Assembly (NCBI GenBank): GCA_964350165.1
Contig: CAYGJA010000001.1
Span: 86,823-150,822 of the forward strand
Length of the DNA stretch: 64,000 nt
From: an uncultured Candidatus Saccharibacteria bacterium
Lineage (GTDB): Bacteria > Patescibacteriota > Minisyncoccia > Phycocordibacterales > UBA1006
Reading direction: 5' to 3'
Part shown: positions 38,983 to 47,823 of the stretch, in pieces
Position numbering within the stretch: position 1 is the stretch's first letter
How the letters are laid out: each line of letters begins with the position of its first letter
Notes under the pieces: model-generated
Told to the model about the DNA's origin: nothing
The model's input: only the letters and a program-made list of their open reading frames with translations
The model's database searches: none
Program-made: the position numbers and the translations under genes

Positions 38983-39984
38983 TTATTCTTTCAAGCCTAA
39001 ATCATATTCTGTTAATGCTGCCCTAATTTCTTCAACTCCTTTGTCTCCAATACCGTCGAGAGCAAGTAGTTCAGATTCTGTCTTTTTTACCAAACCACCC
39101 AAAGTGCGAATACTTGCCTCAGACAAGGCATTCTGGGTTCGAGTAGACAAATCAAGAGAATCGATTCTTGTCTTCAGGGTATCGGTGTTGTCTTCAGAGT
39201 CTTCATTTGCCCCCTCTTTCTCGGCTTCGGCTTGTTTCATGCCGTTCACTACTTCTGCTTCGATTTCTTCGACAGAAACAGGGTTCTCTTCTTCTTCTTT
39301 TAATTCAAGAATCGAACGTAGCTGTTGAATCATAACCTTGATTGAATATTCAAGCGCCTCTCTTGGAGTAAGAGAACCGTCAGTTTCGATACTCATTCGC
39401 AACAAGTTGTGGTCGGTTCGGTCGCCAACACGCATGTTTTCGACATCGTAGCTTACTTTTCGAATCGGTGTATACACAGCATCAATAGCAATAACTCCAA
39501 TATCAGCTCGTGATTTTTTGGTGTTTGGCTTTGGAACAAAACCTAGACCTTGCTCAATCGTGATTTCGATCTCAAGAGTTGTTTTCTTGTCGGTAACCAT
39601 CGCAATCTGTTGCTCTGGATTCATTAATGTTGCTTGACCTGGTACGTTAAAATCAGCTCCGGTTACTTGTTTTTCCCCAGAAACTTTTAGTGTTGCCACG
39701 ACCGGTTCATCTCCATTAAGCTGAAAACGTAGTCGTTTCAAATTCAAAACAATAGTTAGCGCGTCCTCACGAACACCCTCCAAAGTGCTGTATTCATGAT
39801 CGGCTCCAGTAATTTTTATTTTTGTTACCGCTGCTCCTGGAATAGAAGAAAGCACAATGCGTCGCAAAGCGTTTCCAAGGGTGTGCCCATAACCGGGGTA
39901 TAGCCCCACGATTTCATAAGTTCCTTTTGTGGAATCTTCTGATATGGTTTTTAGTTTTGAGGGCAATAAGATGACGTGCGACAT
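38983..39984 (-). CDS. rpoA: DNA-directed RNA polymerase alpha subunit
   Basis: N-terminal dimerisation domain and a C-terminal alphaCTD (LDLSTRTQNALSEASIRTLGGLV). Confidence 0.9.
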   Translation of the reverse strand: MSHVILLPSKLKTISEDSTKGTYEIVGLYPGYGHTLGNALRRIVLSSIPGAAVTKIKITGADHEYSTLEGVREDALTIVLNLKRLRFQLNGDEPVVATLKVSGEKQVTGADFNVPGQATLMNPEQQIAMVTDKKTTLEIEITIEQGLGFVPKPNTKKSRADIGVIAIDAVYTPIRKVSYDVENMRVGDRTDHNLLRMSIETDGSLTPREALEYSIKVMIQQLRSILELKEEEENPVSVEEIEAEVVNGMKQAEAEKEGANEDSEDNTDTLKTRIDSLDLSTRTQNALSEASIRTLGGLVKKTESELLALDGIGDKGVEEIRAALTEYDLGLKE

Positions 39985-40026
39985 AAATAAATTGTGACAA
40001 GTTATTAATTAAATAATGACAATTCT

Positions 40027-40644
40027 CTATTTACTATAGAACTCAATCACTGACTGGAAATTCAAAAATGAATCTGGAGTATCGGGAACACCTTTGACGG
40101 TTGTGGCCAGATTTTTGTCGTCTACAGAAAGCCAATTAGGAGCTTTGACTGATTTTAGTTTTTTGCCGATTTCATTGAAAACTACTCGATTTTTGCTTCC
40201 TTCACGAATGGCGACAACATCGTCTTTCTTTATTTGGTAAGAAGGAACAGTTGTGCGCTTGCCGTTAACCATAAAGTGCCCATGAGAAGCCAGTTGGCGA
40301 GCCAGGCTTCGAGTGTGGGCATATCCAGCTCGATAGATAATATTATCCAGTCGAGATTCTAACTGCTGAAACAATTGCTGTGCCGGAGCGACTGTTTTTT
40401 CATGAGAGCTAAGAGCTTTTTTTACATAATTTGCAAACTGACGCTCTCGCAAGCCGTAGCTAAGGCGGATTTTTTGTTTTTCAATAAGGGAAAGGCCGTA
40501 GTCGGTAACACGATTACGTCGTTTGGCTGTATAAACCTTGGCGCGCTTGGCTTGTGCCAGCATGAATTTTGGCGTTTGACATTGCTCAAACACACCAGCC
40601 CCAAGGCGTCGACAGATTTTAAATTTTTTCTTAGTCATGCTCAT
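40027..40644 (-). CDS. rpsD: 30S ribosomal protein S4
   Basis: KICRRLGAGVFEQCQ (S4 N-terminus) and an S4 RNA-binding domain. Confidence 0.9.
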   Translation of the reverse strand: MSMTKKKFKICRRLGAGVFEQCQTPKFMLAQAKRAKVYTAKRRNRVTDYGLSLIEKQKIRLSYGLRERQFANYVKKALSSHEKTVAPAQQLFQQLESRLDNIIYRAGYAHTRSLARQLASHGHFMVNGKRTTVPSYQIKKDDVVAIREGSKNRVVFNEIGKKLKSVKAPNWLSVDDKNLATTVKGVPDTPDSFLNFQSVIEFYSK

Positions 40645-40664
40645 GATATTGCTTGCGTTATTGG

Positions 40665-41099
40665 TTAGACTCGGCGAGCCTTACGTGGTCGAACTCCATT
40701 ATGTGGATGCGGTGTTCGGTCCTCGATACTGCGTAATGAAATGCCATGTCCAGAAAAACCTCTAATAAGCGATTCTCTTCCAGAACCAACACCCGTAACA
40801 AAAACGTCGACTTCCTGAAGTCCCATCATTTTTGCTTTTTCTCCCAAAACTTCTCCAACCTTAGCGGCAGCAAAAGGAGTTCCCTTTTTTGCTCCTTTGA
40901 ACCCAAGAGCACCCGAAGAAGAAGACATTACAGCATTGCCTTCGGTATCAGTCACTAGGCCTAAGGTATTGTTAAAAGTTGATCTGATATACAGATTACC
41001 AGCGCTAAGTTTCTTTTTTGGAGTACGTGAAAGGGCTCGGGCTTTGAGTCCTTTGTCTACGCGCTGTCCTTTTTGTTTTACGATTCGCTTTTTTCCCAT
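40665..41099 (-). CDS. rpsK: 30S ribosomal protein S11
   Basis: FNNTLGLVTDTEGNAVMSSSSGALGFKGAKKGTPFAA is the S11 signature. Confidence 0.9.
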   Translation of the reverse strand: MGKKRIVKQKGQRVDKGLKARALSRTPKKKLSAGNLYIRSTFNNTLGLVTDTEGNAVMSSSSGALGFKGAKKGTPFAAAKVGEVLGEKAKMMGLQEVDVFVTGVGSGRESLIRGFSGHGISLRSIEDRTPHPHNGVRPRKARRV

Positions 41100-41109
41100 A
41101 TGACTAAAA

Positions 41110-41490
41110 TTATGTCTTGCTGACTTTTACCTTACCTGAACCCATGGTTACTCGTTTGTTGCCACGAACAGTACGAGAATTGTTCTTTGTTGTTTGCCCA
41201 CGTGAAGGAAGTCGAAGCGCATGCCGAGTTCCACGGTACGAATGAATATCACGAAGACGCTTGATGTTCATGCTTACTTCTCGCTTAAGGTCACCCTCAA
41301 GGATCATTTCGTCAAGAATTTGTCGAACTGCCTGCTCTTCTTCTCCGGAAAGGTCTTTTACTTTTTTGGTTGGCTCTACTTTTGCCTGAGACAAAATGTC
41401 TTTGGCAGTTGAAAGACCAATTCCAAAAAGAACGGTAAGTCCGTACTGGGCTTGTTTGTTATCTGGGATGGTAATACCTCGAACTCGCAT
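41110..41490 (-). CDS. rpsM: 30S ribosomal protein S13
   Basis: MRVRGITIPDNKQAQYGLTVLFGIGLSTAKDIL. Confidence 0.9.
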   Translation of the reverse strand: MRVRGITIPDNKQAQYGLTVLFGIGLSTAKDILSQAKVEPTKKVKDLSGEEEQAVRQILDEMILEGDLKREVSMNIKRLRDIHSYRGTRHALRLPSRGQTTKNNSRTVRGNKRVTMGSGKVKVSKT

Positions 41491-41506
41491 ACTTAAGATT
41501 CTAAAA

Positions 41507-41620
41507 TTATTGCCGCGCGTTGTGGCGTGGGTTCTTTTTGTTAATTCGGCGCAAGCGACCTTTACGACGAACGATAATGTCGTCTTTGCTTCGCTTTTTG
41601 ATTGAAGATTTTACTTTCAT
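41507..41620 (-). CDS. rpmJ: 50S ribosomal protein L36, cysteine-less (zinc-independent) variant, 37 aa
   Basis: [37 protein letters not shown] aligns with L36 (MKVRASVKKxCxxCkxxxRxGxxxVxCxxPkHKQRQ) with no Cys or His ligands. It is below the ORF-track cutoff and sits in the conserved infA-rpmJ-rpsM position. Confidence 0.7.
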   Translation of the reverse strand: MKVKSSIKKRSKDDIIVRRKGRLRRINKKNPRHNARQ

Positions 41621-41713
41621 AGGTGTTTTTGGGCAAAGTCTCTTGAACGCACAAAAGAGAAAAGGGAGACCCTTTTCCGAGCGTCAATTGCTTGTGCGTG
41701 TACTATAGCGCAT

Positions 41714-41962
41714 TTACTTTCGTTTGACAATCCTACCGCGACCCCCATAAGGATCAATAACTATATCGACGGTATCACCAACCAAAACCTTGATTCGGTG
41801 CAACTTCATTTTGCCTGACAAATACGCAATCATCTCCAGTCCATGAGCACCATTTTTCAAACCAGGAGCCTCTGTTCCTTCGGGGAAAATCACCCGGAAC
41901 ATAGTGTTTGGTAATGCTTCTGTTACTTGTCCTGAAATTATTGTTTCGTTACTTTTTGCCAT
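41714..41962 (-). CDS. infA: Translation initiation factor IF-1 (with a short insertion)
   Basis: GQVTEALPNTMFRVIFPEG...YLSGKMKLHRIKVLVGDTVDIVIDPY...GRIVKR. Confidence 0.85.
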   Translation of the reverse strand: MAKSNETIISGQVTEALPNTMFRVIFPEGTEAPGLKNGAHGLEMIAYLSGKMKLHRIKVLVGDTVDIVIDPYGGRGRIVKRK

Positions 41963-42012
41963 TTAAAATTTATATATTACGCACGATGCCAATTGAGGTT
42001 ACCACACGAAGA

Positions 42013-43389
42013 CTAGCTGTCAATGTTCTGATAAATAATGTCTATTTTTTCAAATTTTTTGGGAAGTTGTTTTATCCAAATCGGCTTTATTTCTGCTTCG
42101 GCTGACTGGATTTCGTCACGTTCTCGCAAAACAGAAGCAAAATCACGCTGCTTTACACCAGAAACGAGACGCTTCACTATCAAATCATCTACTTGCCAAC
42201 GCACCGTAGCACTACCAGAAACCTGTAGATTGGTGAGTTCTTGAGTAGAGGTGGTCACGACATAATCAAGATCAGAAAGGTTTGTGATCATTAATTTTGG
42301 CAAAGTGATTTCGTCAAAACCACCACGTGCCAGTAGAGCGGTTTCTATTTCATCTTTGCGCACCAACAACATAGACACATCGGCCTTGAGCACCGCTCGC
42401 AAACCACTTTCTGGCTGTGGATCAAAGGCGATTTCTTTCCAGGTGTATTCTTCGGTATCTGGCAAAACCATGTAGCCTTCTGGAATACGGTAGGCAACTT
42501 CATTGCGACTTTGATCAAACACCTCTTGACGCAAAGCGAGCTCGAGCCCTCCTTGGTCTTCGTCCTCAACAGCTGGACGCTGTCCGATAAAACCTCCCGA
42601 TAGCGGACCGACTGAACGAGCATAAAAACCTTCAAATTTGGGACCGCCTCGAAACCCAGGTATAACAAAATCGGTGGGCTCTTGATTGTATTCCGGACCA
42701 GGATTATCGGCATAGACAGTTGCCTGAATCGAACCAGGAACAAGTTCTCCGTTAACCAGGGTTTGTCCCGGAACAGTGATTCCGCCCCCCTTGGCTAATT
42801 TGTATATTTTCCCAGAAGAATCTTCGAAGCGTGTTTCTTCACGAAGCTTTTGAGCAGAAGTGGAGAAATTGTTGTATACGACAATTTCTCCAGAGGCTTT
42901 TTCGCTCACGTCGACCAAGGGGGCGTCAGCCAAACTTTGGCTGGCTTCTACCGGAAAAACAACCGTGTCGTAATCAAGCTGATCTTCTACGCTGTTTTCG
43001 TACAAAGCCAAAACAGTATCTACCGCAATCACCTGCTCCTTGAGTGTGATTCGAAGCGAAGCTCGAGCAGAAGTTAGAGATATTACATAGCCCAAGACAA
43101 TCACCAGCACAAACGCAAGACCCCAGAGTGTTTTTCCGCCAGAAGCAGCTCTTTTTTCTCGAGAACTAACCACCAGAGGAGATCCTGTTCGCATGCGACG
43201 CGAAGAAGATGTTCTTGGTATTGTCTTCTTTTTTGGTTTGGTAAAAGTCGCGCGTTCTTCGGATTCAGAGTCACTGGCTCGAACCACTCGACGACGAGAC
43301 ACAACCGAGGAAGTACTTCGGACCGGTCGCCTAGCCTCCCTCTCTCGAGTAGGTAAATTAATATCCTGAATTTTTCTTCGGTCTGACAT
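42013..43389 (-). CDS. Hypothetical single-pass membrane protein with a basic disordered N-terminus
   Basis: R/S-rich cytoplasmic N-terminus, one TM (LWGLAFVLVIVLGYVISL) and about 340 aa of extracytoplasmic domain. The start is taken at MSDRRK. Confidence 0.5.
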   Translation of the reverse strand: MSDRRKIQDINLPTREREARRPVRSTSSVVSRRRVVRASDSESEERATFTKPKKKTIPRTSSSRRMRTGSPLVVSSREKRAASGGKTLWGLAFVLVIVLGYVISLTSARASLRITLKEQVIAVDTVLALYENSVEDQLDYDTVVFPVEASQSLADAPLVDVSEKASGEIVVYNNFSTSAQKLREETRFEDSSGKIYKLAKGGGITVPGQTLVNGELVPGSIQATVYADNPGPEYNQEPTDFVIPGFRGGPKFEGFYARSVGPLSGGFIGQRPAVEDEDQGGLELALRQEVFDQSRNEVAYRIPEGYMVLPDTEEYTWKEIAFDPQPESGLRAVLKADVSMLLVRKDEIETALLARGGFDEITLPKLMITNLSDLDYVVTTSTQELTNLQVSGSATVRWQVDDLIVKRLVSGVKQRDFASVLRERDEIQSAEAEIKPIWIKQLPKKFEKIDIIYQNIDS

Positions 43390-43410
43390 ATATCTACAGT
43401 GTAGCAAGTT

Positions 43411-44565
43411 TTATAACAATGAGGCTACATAAAAATGAATGGCATGTTCGGAAACCACTCCAGCACCATCAACAACCAGAGTGTTGTCACGAAAATCAAA
43501 AAAAGTAACGGTTGCTTCTGCTGGCAAAGCGCCCTGGACTGTTTTTTCAATCATGGAGCGCTCTATGATTTGTTCAAAAGAATCCGAAATACTATACACC
43601 GCCCGATCAGGAAAGGTGGTCGCTTGTGTAATCTGCATAAGGACTTCCTGCAATTGTCTTCGCCAAATGTCAGCCACAACCCGACACTGCTCGGTGATTT
43701 GTTGTTGCAACGACGCCTCTAGTCGGTTTTGGAAAAATAATTCTAACAAATGCGTGGCTCGGTGATGGTCTTTTCCCACAACCGATTGAATCTGCTCGAT
43801 GATTGATTCGATTCCAATCTGAATATCTCTTTTCTCGATAGCACCCTTGTTCGTGTGCAACACAACAGTGGTGCGCCCTTCATCAATAAAGACAAATAAC
43901 GTACTGAGCTGTTTGTGTTCTGTAAATTTGTCGAGGGCTGAATATAACAAAGCGTCGTGCGTAGTGTGCGTTATCCGATGATGAGGTAATATTTTTCGAA
44001 GCGTGTTCTCGATTGCTTTTTTCATCATTTCGGCTACCAAATCATACTGAAGGGTTAGGGATATTTCTTCGGCGCGCTTGCCAAAAGGCTCGAGAAAATG
44101 ATAGCCGTTTAATTTTTCGTGAATAGGAGTAATTCCTAGTAGCACCTGTTCGTGGTCTTTGTTGTGTTGCGCTGTGGTTTTGTATTCTGAAAGCGCACGT
44201 TTGGTCATTTTTTCTTGCTGACTCTTGGTGTACTTGATTGGTCGATGAGAAGACTCGATCACATCTTTCCAGAAAGAACCTCCCCAAGGGGCGTCATATA
44301 TTACGGTGATTTTGGTTATGTTTTCTAGGTGACGATTGTCTATACGAGAAAAAACTCTTTCTAGCGCTGTGGCATAGCGACTGACTCGATGTCCCTGATC
44401 ATGAATATCTGCTTGATCTACAAGCTGCTGTGCCTGCAATTCATTTTTTATAAGTTTTTGTTTTTTGTTCAATACCGAAAGCACGGCCACGAGAACGCTC
44501 GATCGCCCAACCTCGACCACTAGATGTTTGTCTGGTCCCTTTTTTTGGAGTTGCCAACTTTTCAC
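43411..44565 (-). CDS. Hypothetical protein; possible actin-like ATPase fold (FtsA/PilM-like), very tentative
   Basis: The N-terminal KHLVVEVGRSSVLVAVL resembles the phosphate-1 motif of ASKHA ATPases; the call rests only on that motif. Confidence 0.3.
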   Translation of the reverse strand: MKSWQLQKKGPDKHLVVEVGRSSVLVAVLSVLNKKQKLIKNELQAQQLVDQADIHDQGHRVSRYATALERVFSRIDNRHLENITKITVIYDAPWGGSFWKDVIESSHRPIKYTKSQQEKMTKRALSEYKTTAQHNKDHEQVLLGITPIHEKLNGYHFLEPFGKRAEEISLTLQYDLVAEMMKKAIENTLRKILPHHRITHTTHDALLYSALDKFTEHKQLSTLFVFIDEGRTTVVLHTNKGAIEKRDIQIGIESIIEQIQSVVGKDHHRATHLLELFFQNRLEASLQQQITEQCRVVADIWRRQLQEVLMQITQATTFPDRAVYSISDSFEQIIERSMIEKTVQGALPAEATVTFFDFRDNTLVVDGAGVVSEHAIHFYVASLL

Positions 44566-44588
44566 CCAAATATTGTAGCATGCAAGCC

Positions 44589-46334
44589 TTATTCGAGAAC
44601 CGCCTTGATCCTGCGGATACCGGCCGAGCTGGCTTCTTCTTTTTTAATACGAAAATGTCCCAGTTCGGCAGTGTTTTCGACATGTGGACCACCGCAGAAT
44701 TCTTTGGAGAAAACATTGCCAGCCGCGTCTTCGACAAAATATACTGATACGGTGTCTGGATATTTGGCGCCAAATTCCATTTCGGCTCCCAAGGCTTCGG
44801 CTTTGGCTAACGGCATTTCGCGTTGCACCACTGCTAAATTCGCCTGAATTTTTTCGTTCACTATTTTTTCTACGGCCTGCTTTTCCTCGTCGGTCATTTT
44901 GCGATCAAAAGCAAAGTCGATACGCAAACGCTCTCCGGTAATATTGCTTCCCCGTTGCTTTACCTCTACCCCCAAAACCTGTTGCAGGGCTGCTAAGAGC
45001 AAATGATGAGCAGTGTGCAATCTGACCGTGGCTTCATCATGATCCGCCAGACCTCCTTTGAATTTGTGTTCGGCTCCAGTCCGGGACAGTTCCTGGTGTT
45101 CCGTCATTTTGGTATTAAAATCTTCCCCACTAATGGTCTCTCCTTTTTCAGCGGCAAGCTCCATAGTCATTTCTACCGGGAAACCATAGGTAGCAAATAA
45201 CACAAAAGCATCACGTTCACCTTTTTCAAATTCATGCAGTCCTTTATCCAGCACTTTTGCAAACCGCTCGATTTCGGTGGCGATGATTTCCCGGGCGGCA
45301 GTTCCCTGCTCACGCAAATGCGGATACGCCTGACCATACATAGCGACCACAATACCTACCAAGTCGACGACTCGTTCCAACACATCCTTTCGTTTCGCGT
45401 GGGCCGCCGCCCGACGAATCAATCGTCTCAGAATATAACCCCGGTCAGTATTAGCGGGCTCCAATCCTTCGGCTGCCAGAAACGTAGCAGCCTTGATATG
45501 ATCGGCAATAATTCGTGCTTCTCGTGATTGCCCTAATCCCAACGCGTCAATCAACGGAACAAAAGCATCCGTCGCAAAAATACTGGATTGTTTTTGCATC
45601 ACGGCTGCTAGACGCTCCAGCCCCGATCCGGTGTCTACGTTTTGGTTAGGTAGCTTGGCCGCGACCTTACCCCCCTCTTGGCGATACGCCATGAATACGT
45701 CGTTCCAAATTTCCACCACATCTTGCCTTTCGTCTGCGGCTTCGAATTCTGCTGGCGACAAATCCCCTAATCCGTCGGCAGTCAAATCATAGAACATCTC
45801 GGTGCTCGGACCCGCTGGCGAATCAGGCCCAGCTGTCCACCAGTTGTCTTTGGAATCACGATAATAAATCCGATGCTCGGGCAGGTATTTCTTCCAGATA
45901 GCTACGGCCTCGTCATCGCGGGGCACGTCGTCATTGCCGGCAAATACCGTCACATACAATCGCGCCGGATCTAGTCCCAGGCCTTCGTTCGGATTGGTCA
46001 GGAATTCGTAACTCCACTGGATGGCCTCGGCTTTAAAATAATCACCCAAAGACCAATTGCCGAGCATCTCGAACATGGTGGCGTGGGTATTATCCCCCAC
46101 TTCATCAATATCAACCGTACGAATACACAACTGTGACGATACCAAGCGTGCACCCTCGGGATGCTTCTCGCCCAGGAGATACGGCATCAACGGTTGCATG
46201 CCGGCCACGTTGAACAAGGTCACGTTCTTGCCCGCTGCATCTCCGGGTGGAATCAGTGGTGCCGATGGCAATACTGCGTGTCGTCGCGCCTGAAAAAATT
46301 CCAAAAATCTTTTTCGTATTTCGGTTGATGTCAT
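44589..46334 (-). CDS. alaS: Alanyl-tRNA synthetase, short form (catalytic + tRNA-recognition + editing domains; no C-Ala domain)
   Basis: MTSTEIRKRFLEFFQARRH, the class II core, the editing-domain HxxxH (HTAHHLL) and a C-terminal CGGPHVENTAELGHFRI. 581 aa compared with about 870 aa for canonical AlaRS. Confidence 0.85.
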   Translation of the reverse strand: MTSTEIRKRFLEFFQARRHAVLPSAPLIPPGDAAGKNVTLFNVAGMQPLMPYLLGEKHPEGARLVSSQLCIRTVDIDEVGDNTHATMFEMLGNWSLGDYFKAEAIQWSYEFLTNPNEGLGLDPARLYVTVFAGNDDVPRDDEAVAIWKKYLPEHRIYYRDSKDNWWTAGPDSPAGPSTEMFYDLTADGLGDLSPAEFEAADERQDVVEIWNDVFMAYRQEGGKVAAKLPNQNVDTGSGLERLAAVMQKQSSIFATDAFVPLIDALGLGQSREARIIADHIKAATFLAAEGLEPANTDRGYILRRLIRRAAAHAKRKDVLERVVDLVGIVVAMYGQAYPHLREQGTAAREIIATEIERFAKVLDKGLHEFEKGERDAFVLFATYGFPVEMTMELAAEKGETISGEDFNTKMTEHQELSRTGAEHKFKGGLADHDEATVRLHTAHHLLLAALQQVLGVEVKQRGSNITGERLRIDFAFDRKMTDEEKQAVEKIVNEKIQANLAVVQREMPLAKAEALGAEMEFGAKYPDTVSVYFVEDAAGNVFSKEFCGGPHVENTAELGHFRIKKEEASSAGIRRIKAVLE

Positions 46335-46581
46335 GCCTTGTACTGTACTTGGTAGGCAGAAAGTTGGCAACATTTTTTACAGTTACAATAATTTATATGA
46401 ATTTTGAAAAACCCTACCCGTCCGAAAACTCAGATCATTTAAGCCAAGAAAGAATGGCCGAAATTACACAACAAAGCCACTCTCTCTACTGAAGAAAATA
46501 TAAATCCAGATCTATTCAAAAACTCACAAAAAAACACGCTTTTCCCGCAAGGGAAAAGCGTGTTTTTATATCACGCCTGAA

Positions 46582-47034
46582 TCAGGGGCTACTTACCTTT
46601 ACGGCAATAATTATCTGATCACCATTGCTGGTATCGAGAATATACCCCTGATTGGGTCGTATTCCCGACCCTCTCCACCAGAAGTTAACATCCTCCCCAA
46701 ACGGTCCGATTACCTTCAAGAGAAACGTGTCTTGTTTTCTGCCCAAAATGTCCAGTTGAATTTTGACGTTTTTGTAAGCCAGAAGGCAAAAAAAATTTGC
46801 CCAAAGCTTGAGGTTCTCAACACGTTTGCTGGTTTTTATATAAAAACCAGAAGGGCGATCATTCGTGTCTTCCAAAAAAATTCCAGCCAAAAACGAATAC
46901 TTTACCCCTGAAACAGCCTTTGGACGCAGCAACTCAGACCTGTTGTCGGTAACGGGAAGGAAAACGTATCCGTTTTCTCCGAATAATTTATCCAGCAAAG
47001 GCTTTAACGTTGCAAAAATCTCTTGTCTCGTCAT
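46582..47034 (-). CDS. Hypothetical protein, paralog A of a tandem pair (N-terminus MTRQEIFATLKPLLDKLFG)
   Basis: Shares its first about 17 codons and about 90 nt of 5' region with the gene at 47195-47665; the bodies have diverged. Confidence 0.5.
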   Translation of the reverse strand: MTRQEIFATLKPLLDKLFGENGYVFLPVTDNRSELLRPKAVSGVKYSFLAGIFLEDTNDRPSGFYIKTSKRVENLKLWANFFCLLAYKNVKIQLDILGRKQDTFLLKVIGPFGEDVNFWWRGSGIRPNQGYILDTSNGDQIIIAVKVSSP

Positions 47035-47121
47035 AGTAAAAAAATTTTAAAGAATTGAAAAACTAATTTCCCACCACCCTAACACAACCAACCACAACAA
47101 AAAAGACTTTTGTTTTTCAAA
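47000..47121 (-). repeat. Copy 1 of an about 120-bp direct repeat spanning the 5' leader plus the first about 17 codons of the paralog
   Basis: Near-identical to 47632-47754. The leader is G-rich on the coding strand (ttgtggttggttgtgttagggtggtggg). Confidence 0.6.
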
Positions 47122-47139
47122 ATTCGCCAGGCAGCAATC

Positions 47140-47172
47140 AATAAAAAACACCTCTCCAGTTGGGAGGTGTTT
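47140..47172. terminator. Intrinsic terminator between the two paralogs
   Basis: aaaaaacacctc-tccagttgg-gaggtgttttttt. Confidence 0.55.
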
Positions 47173-47194
47173 TTTTAAATGATCTTTTACCAGA

Positions 47195-47665
47195 TTAGGT
47201 GGCAATGGTTTCGGCAACAATAGTAACGTTAACCCATCTTTCTTTGCTTCCAAAACGCGAGAGTCCGAGAAACCCGGGGGCTAACCTTTCCACCAGAATA
47301 GCCATGTCTGCGTCAATTTTTAGTCGGTAGATATCTTCAGAATAAGTCAAAGAAATCACTGACTCCCACAACATGACTATGCAGCAAAATACAGCCAATT
47401 GAGTGATGCCTAGGCCAGACACGGGCATGCTCGTGTTAAAAAAAATCGACCCCCCATTCTTCTGAAAAGAAGCAAGTTTGGAGTTTACTTCTTCCCCAAA
47501 AAACTCATTAACTTTTTTTCCTCCTATCTCATAGGTTGGGAAATTTTGATAGACACCTTCACAAAACGAAGGCCCTTTATTTTCGAAAAAAATGCCATAC
47601 TCCTCTTTGCCAAAAACGGCATCCAGCAAAGGCTTTAACGTTGCAAAAATTTCTTCTCTTTCCAT
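47195..47665 (-). CDS. Hypothetical protein, paralog B (N-terminus MEREEIFATLKPLLDAVFG)
   Basis: See paralog A. 156 aa with a hydrophobic segment QLAVFCCIVMLW. Confidence 0.5.
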   Translation of the reverse strand: MEREEIFATLKPLLDAVFGKEEYGIFFENKGPSFCEGVYQNFPTYEIGGKKVNEFFGEEVNSKLASFQKNGGSIFFNTSMPVSGLGITQLAVFCCIVMLWESVISLTYSEDIYRLKIDADMAILVERLAPGFLGLSRFGSKERWVNVTIVAETIAT

Positions 47666-47754
47666 AGCGCAAAAAAATTTAAAGGGTTGAAAAAACTAAT
47701 TTCCCACCACCCTAACACAACCAACCACAACAAAAAAGACTTTTGTTTTTCAAA
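47632..47754 (-). repeat. Copy 2 of the about 120-bp direct repeat
   Basis: See copy 1. Confidence 0.6.
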
Positions 47755-47823
47755 AGTATTTTTTGTATTTCGGTTCATGTATATGCGCTCTATCGTGCCA
47801 TGGCTTGTAAAGAAATCCAGCCA

